From: Isurus oxyrinchus
Taxonomy: Eukaryota
Reading direction: 5' to 3'
NCBI GenBank assembly: GCA_026770705.1
Contig: JANJGN010000011.1
Coordinates: 112,778,001 to 112,842,000 of the forward strand
DNA: 64,000 nucleotides
Shown here: piece after piece, positions 62,880 to 64,000 of the stretch
How the letters are laid out: every line of letters starts with the position of its first letter
Position numbering within the stretch: the first letter of the stretch is position 1
Program-made: the position numbers and the translations under genes
Notes under the pieces: generated by a model
The model's input: the letters and a program-made list of their open reading frames with translations, nothing else
Database searches by the model: none
What the model was told of the DNA's origin: nothing

Positions 62880-63950
62880 CTAGCTGACGGAACGGAGAAA
62901 CAAGGTCTCCCTGCCTCCCATAAGGCTCCTCACTTCTACAGACACGTCCTCACCCTGGGCCTTCTCTGGCTTCTCATCAGATGCATCAGTAAAATTGTCC
63001 TCTGTGGCCTGGGGAACTGCCTCACTGTCTTTAACTCCAAAATGTCCCCCCTTGACAGCCAAATGATGCAGAGTGCAGCATACAATGACAATAAGCGAGC
63101 TGCACACTCTCCCAGCTTGCAGTGCTCTCCCTGATCAGTCCAAGCAGTGGAACCTCATCTTGAGCAGGCCAATGGTCCTCTCAATTACAGCCCTTGTAGA
63201 GCCATGGCTTTGATTGTACTTCTCCTCCGCTTCTGCCCTTACGTGTCTCAGTGGCGTCATGAGACACCTTTTTCAGGGGATAGCCTTTGGCACCCAGGAA
63301 CCAACCATCCAACCAAACTGGAATGATGAACAGCCTTGGCACCTGGGAGTGTCTCAAGATGTATGCACCTTGGCACCTGCCCGAGTACCTGGTGCGGACC
63401 TGCAAAATCAGGGTCCTGTGCTCACAAATAATGCTGATGGAGTGGAAGCCCTTTCCTTTGATGAAGGCCCTTGGCTCACCTCCTGGTGCCTTTAAAGCCA
63501 CATGATAACAATCTCTGGCACCCTGGATTCAGAGATAACCAGCAATTGCAGCAAAGTCTCGGTTCGCTCAGCCTGGCTGGCTTTGTTGGTCCGGAAATGA
63601 ATGCAATTCATTATCATCTGAACAGAGCGTCACTGACCAGCTTGACGCAGCTGTGGTCACCTGATTGAGAAACACCACATAGATCTCCCACTGACCTTTG
63701 GAAAGAACCGGAGGCAAAAAGTTCAGGGCCTCTGGCACCTTAAGAGCTACTGGCATCAAGTGGCCACTGACACATTTGAGGCGATCTCCGGAGAGGCCTG
63801 TGGAGGCAAATGGAAGTCACAGTCTCTCTGGAGAGCCAGAGTCTCCTTCGGCACTGGACCTCCTACACGTCCAGGTAGCTGGAACACTGCCCTGAGACTC
63901 TCTCTGTAGGATAGTGGCGTATTCTGTGGGCCTTCTGCCTTGCACTTCCT
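62880..63950 (-). pseudogene. Harbinger (HARBI1-like) transposase pseudogene
   Basis: MPVALKVPEALNF, AFIKGKGFHSI, YILRHSQVP, GWFLGAKGYP, IIVIVCCTLHHLA. Confidence 0.88.
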
Positions 63951-64000
63951 GCTGGCTCTGGACACCATGTGGCCATGCGTCTCTTTCCACAGGTCACTCT

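Larger units (their letters stand above)
59604..64000. mobile_element. Degenerate two-gene Harbinger element (Myb-like on +, transposase on -) running off the window
   Basis: TIR-like GGCCCTGAATTTT at 59604; Myb-like remnant 60685-60905; HARBI1-like remnant 62880-63950. Confidence 0.75.

Overview
Eukaryotic, non-genic, almost entirely repeat-derived DNA. The repeat repertoire (CR1 and L2 LINEs, a Deu-domain SINE, Penelope-like elements with hammerhead motifs, many PIF/Harbinger copies, Gypsy and Copia LTR elements) suggests a vertebrate, most likely a cartilaginous fish; this is an inference. I found no intact host gene, RNA gene or CRISPR array, and nearly all ORFs are frameshifted transposon remnants. 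Highlights: (1) a Mag-type Gypsy element (38329-42223, paired LTRs, perfect CCCTT TSD) whose reverse transcriptase is replaced by about 390 bp of host-like coiled-coil coding sequence resembling the UACA/RAI14/ANKRD24 family, in frame at the upstream junction; (2) a Penelope-like element (49852-53757) with about 470-bp inverted termini and three hammerhead-ribozyme motifs sharing a non-canonical CUGUUGA core; (3) a two-LTR GalEa-type Copia element (5504-14913) in a four-level nest (CR1 > Copia > Penelope > Harbinger); (4) several local rearrangements, including an inverted duplication of an LTR junction and a strand-split GIY-YIG. Family and homology assignments come from motif recognition, not database searches. 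Boundaries without a TSD or TIR are approximate.
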